DNA of 64,000 nucleotides from Takakia lepidozioides (GCA_030704615.1 CM060731.1:93434001-93498000), one strand, 5' to 3'; shown: positions 37,401 through 48,590, counted from the stretch's first letter. Program-made: numbers and translations. The notes: a model not told the origin generated them from the sequence alone.

Positions 37401-38230
37401 CATGGCATTCTTGAGCAGGGAGGAGTCTGCCGCCTTCACCTTGAGGATGACACACTCCACCATGTAATGCCAGCCAATATGCTTGGAATGGTTCTGCTTG
37501 ATGTACTCCCACCAGGCAAAAAGTCGGTGATTCCCGTCCCACACAAAAAACATTTTGCCCGACATATGGCCGAAGTCCGGATCACCCTTCAGCATTGTCT
37601 CAAATTCGTCGTTGCGAGTGTGCCAGTGGGTATCCCATGCTGACAATTCATCCGCAGTGGGTCCACGAGTTTCGCCGTCCTCATTCTCAATGGAAACGTA
37701 GAAGGCTGGCGAACCTAGGCGGTACCCTTCTCGAAATGCGAACTTGAGCTTATCCACATCTCTTGGAAGAGCCTGCCTGACGATGTGAAGGGAGACCATG
37801 CGACAGAGTGGAATTCAAAGAGTCCGCTGGAATACCCTGCTGCCCAGAACTCTGCCGATGCTACTGTGTGTCTCCTCCAACATTGTATCCGCTGCACTTT
37901 GGAATTCCTCCGAAGACATTTCTGCAGGTGGCGGTAGGGGCTGAGCAGCTAGAGGATCCCCAACAACATCTGAAGTCTGGGGAGTCTTTGCGGACAATTC
38001 TCGAATTACAGAGGCCTCCTCCGGGCCTGCAGCATTCTGAAGTTCTTCCTGAAAGGTGGTGAAGTGCTGCTGCGAACATTGAGCAGCAGCACCCTCCTCC
38101 GCTAACAGATCCACGAAATCGGCCGATCCCGTTGCCTTCGCTGCAGCAGAGAAGCCCCCAACATCACCTGGCTGGAAATCAAGCAGGAACTGGGCTTCAG
38201 CTCGTGGAATCGGTTTTGCGGGAGAGAGTA
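34500..38230 (-). pseudogene. Spliced ParB/Srx-like domain + beta-class N6A/N4C-type DNA methyltransferase-like gene (exons approx. ?-37387, 37274-37085, 36984-35737, 35640-35376, ~35273-35078, 34971-34500)
   Basis: ParB/Srx-type FFVWDGNHRL (37383..37799). CDMIILDIPDG at the motif-IV position. RSPAFIQTIMEACTDLEGRVLDLICGVG|ASMWAGRFSDRHLFAYE follows the motif X-I-II order of beta-class amino-MTases. GT-AG introns (one acceptor mutated), an in-frame TGA at 37815-37817 and local frameshifts. Confidence 0.72.
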
Positions 38231-38335
38231 TAAAGGTTTCCCGCAGACGGAAATGCGTTGCCGCATTTCCGTCGCACTGCTGCATGCCTGAGATGCAAAA
38301 CCGAAATGCGGCGCCGCATGCCTGAGATGCAAAAC

Positions 38336-38887
38336 CGAAATGCAGCGCCGCATTTCTGTTCTGGAATGTCGGACGGTACGACTCGGAAGGAAATGCGGTG
38401 CCGCATTTCCATTCTGGAAAGTAGAAAGGATTCCCCTGGACGGAAATGCGGTGCCGCATTACCGTTCCACTGTTACAGGCGTTGCATGTTGGACGGAAAT
38501 GAGTAGCCGCATTTCTGTTCTTGAAAATAGAAAGGTTCACCTCGGACAGAAATGTGGTGCCGTATTTCCGTCCACTGGATTCCATTGAAAGAGACCGGAC
38601 GGAAATGCGGCACCGCATTTCCGTTCCTGCCTATCCAAGGTGTCCCAGTCGATGAGAATGCGCTGTCGCTATTATTTTCTACCGTGTGTTCCTAGTCCCA
38701 TTCGACCTAAATGCGATACCGCATTTTCGTTCCACCATGGGCCTGATTTTACAGTCGACTGAAATGTGGTACCGCATTTCCGTTGCACCAGTATTTTGGT
38801 TTCCCTTGTGTCGGAAATGCGGTGCCGCATTTCCGATCACAATCAACGAGAGGATGATGTGGAACTGGGATGTGGGACTGCATTCCC
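38336..38887. repeat. 11-unit array of ~30-bp palindromic repeats with diverse spacers and an exact 53-bp period
   Basis: Core starts at 38336, 38389, 38442, 38495, 38548, 38601, 38654, 38707, 38760, 38813 and 38866. Consensus ggac-GGAAATGCGGYRCCGCATTTCC-gttc. Confidence 0.93.
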
Positions 38888-39266
38888 GTTCAGCCATGTG
38901 CAATGGCTTGCATTGTTCCGAAACAACACAATTGCGGCCTGTCTTGTTTGTCTAACCTTTTAACTAACAGTCCTGGCACTTGTCAGTGCGGACGTTCATG
39001 TCTGCACCGCGAATACTGGTTGATCCACCCTCAGGAGAAACTGTCAGGAGATGTTATTTCGTCGCCGAATCGGCCATCATTGTCATACTTAGTGGATATG
39101 GTATCACACCTCCCACCTTCATGCATGTAGCTTGAAACAATACTTTCCACTTCAATGTGCGACTTCCAATCGTCGACGGACTCCGCAGATCCACCTACAT
39201 GGTGCCTGTGAGCCTTGGTCTGTCGCTATAGTGAACCTCACACTTGCCAACTTCGTGCGGTGTTCG

Positions 39267-42200
39267 ATGGCTCCGAATTCCTACGCTATAGTTTGTTGTC
39301 CTCCGCAACTTGGGAGAGCCTGGATCCCAAACGAGGGTGGACTTTGCAGAGTGACTGAAACTTACCTTTGTTCCAAATTCAAGCTCAAACCAGGCACAGT
39401 TTATTTGGAAGAAGAAAGGAAGGATGTTCCTGGACAGGTTGACGAGACCATTGTCGTGCTAGGTAACGACGGAGGTTGCAGAATCGAATGGCACGTACCC
39501 CCATCAAACACCATCCTGTACCGAGCTGTGGGAATGCCCATTCCCTTTCCGAATCAGTCGCTGCCCACACCATCCACAAAGGAGTCGGGAAACCGACAAG
39601 CGGCCACTGCCGACTGAGAGGTATGCAACGATAATCATGCCCGACCTGGACCGTCAAGACCCTCTATAGCTTCTCGTGTGGAGGTATTTGACATTTCCGA
39701 CGAGGAAGATGAGTGCATTGAGGTCCCCATGTCCTCCACACGGTCGTTCAATTCCGACATGGACATCTCTGCAGGTGCTACGCATGTACCCTCGAGCATA
39801 ACTCCAACCCGGTCCATTGTGCAGCTCCTACGACAACATCACCTCGATGGTTCTCGCGTCGAGCTGGCTACTCTCGACTATGCCAAATTTCCAGTCAGGA
39901 AGGTAACATATCTGCCTCCCGAAGTCGATGGTAATGTCATCTTTGAGTTTCCACCTGTTACTTTATCAAACAAAGCCTCAGGGATGTTAACAGACATGGA
40001 TCAAAAGCATGACGGACACCCCTGGTGTGTGACGAAGACCAGTAGCACGAAAATTGCTGATGGTGTTCGTGTACGATACGTCCTTTGTGCGGGGAATCTT
40101 TTCCATCAATCTGAGGTCGAATTTTTGGGCTACATTATTTTCGACAAATGCGTCTTTATGGATCAAAAGAAAATACAAACCATCATTGAGTTTATTAAAC
40201 CAACTTCGGTCCGAGATGTACAATGTTTTCTGGGATTTGCAAATTTCTATAGAATCTTCATCAATGACTACTCCAAAATTGCTGCACCATTCTGAGGTGC
40301 CTCAATCCCGCCTGCTTCCACTTTCTCTCCAAAGGAGGGCGGAGAAACGAGATGGATTGGACTGGCACAACCCATCATCCATTCATTGTCTCCATCCAAG
40401 CTCCTGCGGGTACTTTTAAGTGCGCACATTGCAAAGAACCACCGACGTGCATGTCCATGGGCAGAGCCAAGCAATATTACGTAATCCATTTGCTCCCGGA
40501 CTTGACTAGAGTTTGCATACACGATGGGGTCCACTGCCACCCCTTGGCAAGAGGCAATATGTGGGAGGCTGTGCAGGAAGCACACGACATCATAAAAGAG
40601 GAGGTGAAATTGAGCCCCGGAGCCAAACCAAAGCAGATTTAGCTGAAGGCAGCCCACAAGATTGCTCTTGGCAAAATCATGTCTGAAGATGGTTCAAACC
40701 GAGCGCCCTTGAACGAAGAGGAGATGCTTGACGTGTTGGAGTCCGTCTCGCATATTTGTAGTTCGAATGTGCGGAATCACATCATAGCTTGCAAGCAGGA
40801 GTTCGGCCGGGGGTCGGACATGCACTCAATCCTGGAGGTGAAACGAAGGACTGGATATGAGTACATCCAAGGTAGCAGGTTTCCAGGGCAAGGCAGCGAA
40901 TCCGATCGTTGTTACATTTTTAAAATGTCGACGTGTGGGCCTGGGAGTGGAGTCAACTTGGTCACTCGCATGACAACTGGAAACTTGTCGAATGCATGTT
41001 TGACCACATCAAGCGAATTACAAACCATCAGTGGGTGACTATGGGTGTGCATGTTTATGACTATCACTCCAAGAGGCTCATGACGATTGCAATCTGCGAG
41101 ATGAAAGGGGAGGACACACAGTCGGAGATGCATCTGTGGGAGGGCATAAACGAGCAGATGGCAAGGGCGGGTTTGCCAGAGCCCAATTTCAGGGGATTCA
41201 TGGCAGACAGCTCAGGCCAACTGGGCAGCGGTGCGGCGTGTGTATGGTGAGGACCCCAATGTTCCAATGGAGGGGAAAGAGAGATCTTGTGGATTCCATT
41301 GGATGCAGAGTCTATCTCACTACACTACCAAATTTGTTACTAGCTCATTCCAGGCTGAACACCGTGTCATTTGTATGGCGTGGAAGGATGCACCCACATT
41401 TGATGACGCGGAGGTTAAGTTTGCTATCATCGAGGCTTGGTGGAACACGTCAGGTGCAGTGGAGACAACCAATCTGGGAGCCTTGCACAGCTGGTTGGGG
41501 TGGTGGCATTTCCGGTATCGATAGTTCGGACAGTACATGCGGGAGGTACGATGCTGTCATTTTTGTGCAATTGTCTTTCTATTACGGACCTTTCCATTGG
41601 TCCCTCACCATTGTTTGTGTCCTTGTAGGAGCGGTGCTTGGATTCCGACACGGACATGCCGAACACGAATATGGCAGAATCAGTCCACTCCTCCTGGCGA
41701 GCGTCTTCTGCCGCACATCTGGTGGACGTAGTGACGGCCACAACGGAGGACACCGACAGAGCAATCATGCAGCAAGCCACGTACTACAAATTCCTGAGCG
41801 GGAAACAATGGGGCTCTGGGCCGGACAGGGAGGAATTGTTGGTACGAACAGCTTCGAGGTCCAAGAATCCATTGAAATGGGCGACAACATTGCGAGAGAA
41901 GATCAAAGGGACGCCTCTGCACCGTAGAGGTGAACACCTAGAGGGGGACGTCCGTACTCGCCCTGTGAGGCGGAGGATTGAAGAGGAACCCGGGTGCGAA
42001 GAGGATTCCTGGAGATCCGACAGGAACATTCGGACAACACCTCGAGGTCCCGTTATGTTGCCGCACAATGTGTCTTCCAGCAGTGGAAGCCCAAGAGTTT
42101 CCAGATCGCCATCGCCTTCAAGCGGGGATTCCGTGCAATAAATTCCCACCGCTCGCTTGCCCCAGATTCTGCCCGCTGTTATGCAGTATGGCCAAGCCAT

Positions 42201-43058
42201 TGTGGAGACGACTGTGTCTGCGTCACAGTGGAGAATTGCTCGCACAAAGCCGGCGTTTCGAGGCAGGTGTTCCACAATTCGAGTGGATACACGGGAACGT
42301 TGTTTAGAGATGATAAGGAGGAATCCAGATGGGGCTGTCCCTGCTCCTATTTTTACAGGAAGATTTGTCCATGCAAAGTTTGCGGAGGCGACAACCACCC
42401 AGTTCTGGTTCTGCAGGCACGTATGACTTGCGTGTATGGAAAGCCCAAGTACGGCATACAAACAATGCCAGAGGCTCCCCTGGTGTGGCCGGTGGAACCA
42501 GGCTGTAATCTGAGTCAGGTTGAGGCCGACGCCCTTACTGCCGCAGGATTTCGGATGGTGCAGCACATTGACGTCCCCAAACAACCATTTCCGCTTCCAC
42601 AGCCTCCAACACCGACCCCTGTGAGAGCAAGAACAATGGGACGCGACAGCTCTAAGCATCCTACACACCGTTGGGGGAAACCGAAGAGGCGGCGACCTCC
42701 CTCAAAAGTGAACGAGACAAGGATGGGGAATGCACTTCGGATGAACTGTTCAATCCAGAGCTCGATAGAAGTGCCCCCACCAGGCTTCGGGCGTGTGTAT
42801 CAGATCGCCACGGTAGGCTCAGCTGTTCGCAATGAGGTGTACACCATCACCATTTCAGAATTACCCACCTGCAATTGCACCGACTTCCAGATCATGGCGA
42901 ACAAGGGGGCATCATACTGCCCTTGCAAGCATCTGTACTACGTGTACCTAAAGAGACTTTGGTGTAATTCCACAAATCATCACTTCATACATGCACCAGG
43001 GTTGAGCCCCCAAGAGGTACTGCACACTCTTCTGAATATGGATCCAGGGGACCAGTGA
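39267..43058 (+). pseudogene. Mutator-like transposase copy B: GCM-like Zn domain, DDE core, SWIM finger (exons 39267-41545 and 41629-43058)
   Basis: DGHPW...CAGxLRCxNPAC...CAHC...C...CIHxGxHCH (WRKY/GCM-like), MFDHIKR, FMADS, SCGFH (CxxH), TNMAESVH, and TCNCTDF...CPCKH. Several stops and frameshifts. Confidence 0.85.
40100..40288 (+). mobile_element. Isolated ~190-bp Ty3/Gypsy RT fragment inserted into the transposase gene
   Basis: FHQSEVEFLGYII...PTSVRDVQCFLGFANFYRIFINDYSKIAAP lies between CAGN and LRCLNP, flanked by aatct/attct. Confidence 0.88.
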
Positions 43059-43964
43059 GCTTGGCTTGCGGTCCCCACATAATGGTACGCCCATCCTTTT
43101 TGGAGTTTCAGTTATAGTAGAACTGCAAGTACCTCTGAGTCTGGCCACAGAAAGGTCCGACTTATGTCTTGCCTACCAGTAACTTGTTTTGCTCGAACTA
43201 AGATAATACTATGTCATTCACTTCTGTTTCCACGTGCTTGTATTTTTGTTTGTTGGAGGGTTCATGTTTTTCTGCTCTCCCAAACTTTGCTTTCCTCATT
43301 CGACCCCTGCCAAGGAAATGCGGCGCCGCATTTCCAAGTAACGTCGTAGGTACTGGTAGATGCGGCCTTCGTCATAGCAAGATAGTCGCACCCAGCCTTC
43401 AGGGAACCGACCGTCGCCAACACCAAACTCCCCAGAAATTTCGCACGTGCAAACCCTAATGCGGCACCGCATTTCCCAGTTGAGTCGCAAACCTTTCCTG
43501 CCGAATACCCAAAGATGACAGAATTGTGAAGTACTACAGACTCTATTGGTGCAGACTCTATTGGTTCAATTGCGGCAGAAGGGCCAGCTTCATTCCAATG
43601 TTAAGGCATGTAAAACCGTGGAATACTCTATACAGGCCAGTATGCGATGTCCTTTTGTCGTGGTATACTGGATTTCTCGTTGCACGGTCACTCATTTCCA
43701 CGAGCGGATCTAAAAAACCATGAGCGGAGTTGTTACTGACGACATATCTTTGCCGCATTACAGGATCTGGAACTCCCAAAAACGGCAAGGTCAAATTTAA
43801 AAAAAACTATTATTTTAATATATTTTTTAATCTGCCGCATTTCCAAATTTGGAGGAGTCCGCTCATGAAATCCGCGTGTCTTAGACTTCGACTCACCGCT
43901 CATGCGGCTCATGCGGCTCATGGCTCATGGCTCATGGTTTTTGCTCATGAAATAGTAAACCTCC

Positions 43965-46400
43965 AAACCAGGAGAGACTCATACCCCATGCCAGTGATTC
44001 GTGAGGAATAAGTCCAGCAGCAGCTACTCCAACAAAGAGGAAGAACACCTGCTGGAAAGCGGCAGATCAGTCGAGAGTGAAGAAGGCGCACGGGGGGCAG
44101 AAATCCAGCAGTGATAGTTGCTGCAGATGGCAGCTAAGGAAGGCCCACCAACTAAAATAAGAAGGGATGACCAACTTGAGCAAGAAGAACACGAGGATGA
44201 CATCTTTAATGACATCCAGGCCATGCACTTGCTCACATTTGGAGAGATCAATGATTACCTCAATCAAGAAGAAGAAAAGAGGGTTAAAAAACGTGAAATG
44301 AGACACTTTGGAGCAAAACGAGTCCAAGCAGAGATCTGCAAGAGGTTCTTCTGGCACAACAGAATCCGGCAGGTACAGGAGGTATTGCAAACCTGCACAC
44401 GTTGCCAAACCGCTCGGCTGTCGGGTCCATTAAGATCTGGGAGTACCAAGCTACGGAGCATTCCTATCAAGGACCTCTTCAACCGAATTCCTATGGATAC
44501 AGCAGGGCCATTGCCCAAGACCAAGGAAGGAAATCATTATGCGCTCATTGCCGTAGACCACTTTTCCAAATGGGTAGAGGTCACCCCAGTAACCGAGCAC
44601 ACAGCTGCATTGACAGCCCGATTTCTTGAGGAACAGATCATCTATCGATATGGGATACCTCGCACGGTGTTGACAGACCAAGGTAGCGAGTGGAAGGGTG
44701 AATTCATGGAAGTATGTGAGAGATTTGGCATCAAGCAAGAGTACTCCGCACCCTACTGGCCGCAGTGCAATGGCATGGCGGAAAGGCTTATCAAAACACT
44801 CAAGCAAAGCATAGTGACGCTAGGAGGAGAAACAGGTTGCGAATGGGATCGTGACCTGCACAAGTCAGCGTTTGGCTATAGATTCGGCATTCAAGCCTCA
44901 ACCCGCTTCTCCCCATTTGAAGTACTCACTGGCAGGGAGATGAGGATGTCGATTGACAACAAAATCGGAGCCATTACGAAGCTGGTGAAGCTAGACGACG
45001 ATGAAGATGCCATGGTGGAGATGATGGCCAAGAAGATGCAAGACATTCGATCAATAGAAAGGCGACTCCGTAACAATGTTGGTAGGGCACAAAAACAGCA
45101 GCAGAGAGGATATGCGGCCAGGCACAAACACCACAAAGAATTCCAGCAGCTGCAGAATCAAAGCCTGGTTATGATGTTGAAACCAGGGAAGAAAAGGAAG
45201 ATGGAGGATCCCTGGGAAGGCACATACTTGTTGATAGAACATGACGAAGGACACAATGCAGCTGGTGATGAGGGAAGCCACGTTTGCATTCTACAAGATG
45301 GAGCAGGAAGGCGGTGGAAGAGGAAGCGTCGTGAACTCAAAGCAATGCAAACCTTGGTGAAGACTATGTGTGAGGAAGAAACCACCGAGGACGGTGGTAG
45401 CTAAAGAACGAAGGACTCTACAGCTGTAGGGTAAAATCTCGTGGTGCGAAATTTTGGCTAAGTGTTGGGATGTCGGGAGGAAGCTGAAACTTGGATGAAG
45501 AGGGGATGAATGCAGGTAACGAAGGGATGATGAAGGTGCATAGGAGGTACATCCAGTTGGAGTTGCTGGATGACTAACGGATGAACTAAGGCAGTACCAA
45601 AATAGCAGAGTACTGTTGTAGTTCATCCAATTGGATGATAAGATGTAGTTGGCAGACTCCGCATAGATAGAAGGCACAAGTGGTATCGACGTGCAAGTAG
45701 GCCGAGAGGGGGAGGAATACCCACGGTCTACTAAATAAACACATGGGCTAGCCATGAAATCAGCGATTAATCAACGCACCGTTCGGAGTGGATGAGGCAA
45801 CCAAAAGTAGATTTAATGGGCTAGCCATTAAATCATCGACTAATCAACGCACCGTTCGGAGTGGATGAGGCAACCAAAAGTAGATTTAAGCAGCGGTAGT
45901 GCAAGACGGATGGGGCTTTTTTGGTGAGGAAAAAAGTAGGAGCTCGGTGTGAGCAGTGAGGATGGTGAACTATCAGGGCAGAACTGATTGTATCCGCTGA
46001 GGCCAGTAGTAAAGAGGAGTTGCAATCATGTGAATCTCTACAAGTGTTCAGTGGCATGGTATTGTGAGCTCTGATGTGAATTTAACAGAAATATTCATTA
46101 TTGCAGATGGCATGTGTAGCTTTCAGCCTTGGTAATTGGTCCTTTAGATGTCATGATACCCCAAGTAGTTATGAGAGTGTAGCTTGATCAGACTCTGAGG
46201 ACTTTGGGAGCTCAGTTGCAGCAAATCCAGACCTGATTAGAGCAGTAGCCCAGGTTGCACTATTTGCATGCTAGTAGTGAATTAATGTGGCAAGTAAATT
46301 CTTTTATGAGAGTGCCGGTCCTCATCTAAGTAGTTGGAATTCATGAGTAACCCAGGAAGGCAGTTGCTGGGATCCCGGCACGCCATCGCCGACTATTGAA
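43965..46400 (+). mobile_element. Ty3/Gypsy fragment: short RT remnant, open integrase ORF 44118..45404 and 3' non-coding region
   Basis: HFG...CTRCQ, PMDTAGP, VLTDQGSEW, NGMAERLIKTLK (DDE integrase). A 73-bp tandem duplication lies at 45743-45888. Confidence 0.88.
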
Positions 46401-46619
46401 AGGGCTACCAGGAAGCAGAGAGGGTGCACAGGGAAGGGGGAGTGTGGGGAAGCTGAAGTGAGAGGAGCTCGGAGCGAGCAAGTGTTGTTGCTGTCTCGGT
46501 TTGAAATGCGTGGGTCACGAGCGAAGGTCGGGCAAGTGGCAGAAAAAGAGCAACATTTAATATAGCCGTACCCAGGAATGAGGGGCAGAATTTAATTCGA
46601 CATGGCATCAAATCGGAGG

Positions 46620-47205
46620 GTGACGACACCTGGCCGACAGAGAACATCCCACGGATGGAAAAATGGTGCCGAATTTCCATACGACGCCCGTCGGATGAAG
46701 TCGTCTCGGGGGGAGAGGCCGACACCTGGCCGACAGAAAACATCCCTCGGATGGAAAAATGGCGCCGAATCTCCATCCGAGGCCGTTCGGATGAAGTTGT
46801 CTCGGGGGGAGAGGCCGACACCTGGCCTACAAAGAATATCCCCCGGATGGCAAAATGGTGCCGAATTTCCATACGAGACCCGTCGGATGAAGTCGACTCG
46901 GGGGGAGAGGTCGACACTTGGCCGACAGAGAATATCCCTCGGATGGAAAAACGGCGCCGAATTTCCATCCAAGGCCGTTCGGATGAAGTCGTCTCGTGGG
47001 GAGAGGACGACACCTGCCCGACAGAGAACATCCCTCGGACGGAAAAACGGCGGCAAATTTCCATCCGAGGCCATTCGGATGAAGTTGTCTCGGGGGGAGA
47101 GGCCGACACCTGGCCGACAGAGAACATCCCCCGGATGGAAAAACGGCGCCGAATTTCCATACGAGGCCCGTCGGATGAAGTCGTCTCGGGGGGAGAGGCC
47201 GACAT
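46620..47205. repeat. 96-bp tandem repeat x~6, each unit with a GGAAAAAYGGCGCCGAATTTCC palindrome
   Basis: 32-aa periodicity in the overlapping ORFs; motif starts at 46657, 46753 and onward. Confidence 0.93.
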
Positions 47206-47283
47206 CTCAGTCACTCAACTTAGAGTTTTTCGCCTGCGGTCCACTTTTTGGCACGTTATGCCCACCAATGTCGTCCGGTAGAG

Positions 47284-47620
47284 ACAAATTCGGTGCCGGA
47301 TTTCCATCCATGAGGTGGAACAACTTACTTGCAGGATGGAAATTCGGCGCCGGTTTTCCATCCGGCCGCGCTCCCGCTTGCCTGCAGGATGGAAATTCGT
47401 CGCCGGTTTTCCATCCGGCCGCGCTCCCGCTTGCCTGCAGGATGGAATTTCGGCGCCGGTTTTCCATGGAAATTCGGCCGAGCTCCGACTTGCCTGCAGG
47501 ATGGAAATTCTGCGCCGGTTTTCCATCCGGCTTCTTCTGGATGAGAACGTCTCGGGCGGAGGGAGGGCCACGGTGCGTCCCACTTCATCCGCTGAATGGA
47601 AATTCGGCGCCGTTTTTTCC
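47284..47620. repeat. 53-bp-period array of GGAAATTCGGCGCCGGTTTTCC palindromes
   Basis: Starts at 47284, 47338, 47391 and 47444, plus partial units. Confidence 0.9.
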
Positions 47621-48201
47621 ATCCAGCGGGCTGTTGATGAAGTCTCGGGGGGAGGGTGGGCCAGGTGGCGCCTGTGGGCGACCTCCATACCTACATTTAA
47701 GGGCGCAGTGGCGCATTAAATGTCCTCCGCCGTCTATTTTGAACCGGATGTTCCGCACGGATACCACGCTTGCTTCCCGGATACGCCTTCGACACCTGAT
47801 GTGACGGGTGGATGAAGTTCCATTCGAGGCATGTACGCACGCATTTTGCGGGAAATTTTTTCTTTTACTCGGACTTATGCCGCGTGGAGAAGGGCGTGGC
47901 TCTCCTGAGAGAAACCCCACATCCAGACCGCGTCGCAAACTGAAGCCTTTGTACTACGGGCAGCAATGCGGCAATGCCGACCAGCCGAACGGCGACAAAG
48001 CGGCAACGCGCCTTCTGTACAAGTACATACACGTTGCCTTTCTTTGATCCGTGGCCATTGTAGTCCCTACATTTCCAGGATGTCAGTTGCCTTATGTGGC
48101 GCATGAAAATTAGTTGTGAAGCCCGTAGAAAAATGGCACCAAATTTCCTGTTTCCGGCCATGGGGCGGATGGCTAAACCCCGGGGGTGGCTGGCATAGTC
48201 T

Positions 48202-48550
48202 GGAAATTCGGCACCATTTTTCCAGTTCTGGGACTTAGCCATTTTCGGACCCTGTACTGGAAAAATGGCGCCATTTTTCCAGTACAGGGTCCGAAAATGG
48301 CTAAGTCCCTGGGGCGGATGGCACATATTCTGGAAATTCGGCGCCATTTTTCCAGTTCCGGGCCCAGTCATTTCTGGGACTTAGCCATTTTCGGACCCTG
48401 TACTGGAAAAATGGCGCCATTTTTCCAGTACAGGGTCCGAAAATGGCTAAGTCCCTGGGGCGGATGGCACATATTTTGGAAATTCGGCGCCATTTTTCCA
48501 GTTCCAGACCCAGTCAGATTTGGGACTTAGCCATTTTCAGACCCAGCCTG
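48202..48550. repeat. 146-bp tandem unit containing a perfect 80-bp palindrome (48230-48309 and 48376-48455)
   Basis: gggacttagcc...aaaaatggc|gccattttt...ggctaagtccc checked base by base. Confidence 0.95.
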
Positions 48551-48590
48551 GAAAAATGGATGTGATTCTGTCTGTGTTTTTTGAATGCAG

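Larger units (their letters stand above)
31127..43964 (+). mobile_element. Complete 12.8-kb Mutator-like DNA transposon (E1) with cargo genes
   Basis: Left end GGGGATGCTATTTCATGAGC; right end GCTCATGAAATAGTAAACCTCC; CATGAGC subterminal repeats at both ends. Imperfect 8-bp TSD aaaacaag (31119-31126) / aaaccagg (43965-43972). Removing the element restores the Gypsy RT motif (L)NQQTRRDSYPMP. Confidence 0.85.

Noticed and set aside
38336-38887. True CRISPR array
   Set aside because: Eukaryotic intron-containing context, no cas genes, degenerate repeats, and the same palindrome is dispersed in introns and other arrays. Reported as a phased repeat array instead.
46405-47804. Long ORFs of 160-400 aa on both strands
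   Set aside because: They arise from a stop-free 96-bp and 53-bp tandem repeat, are open in several frames at once, and show no protein motif.
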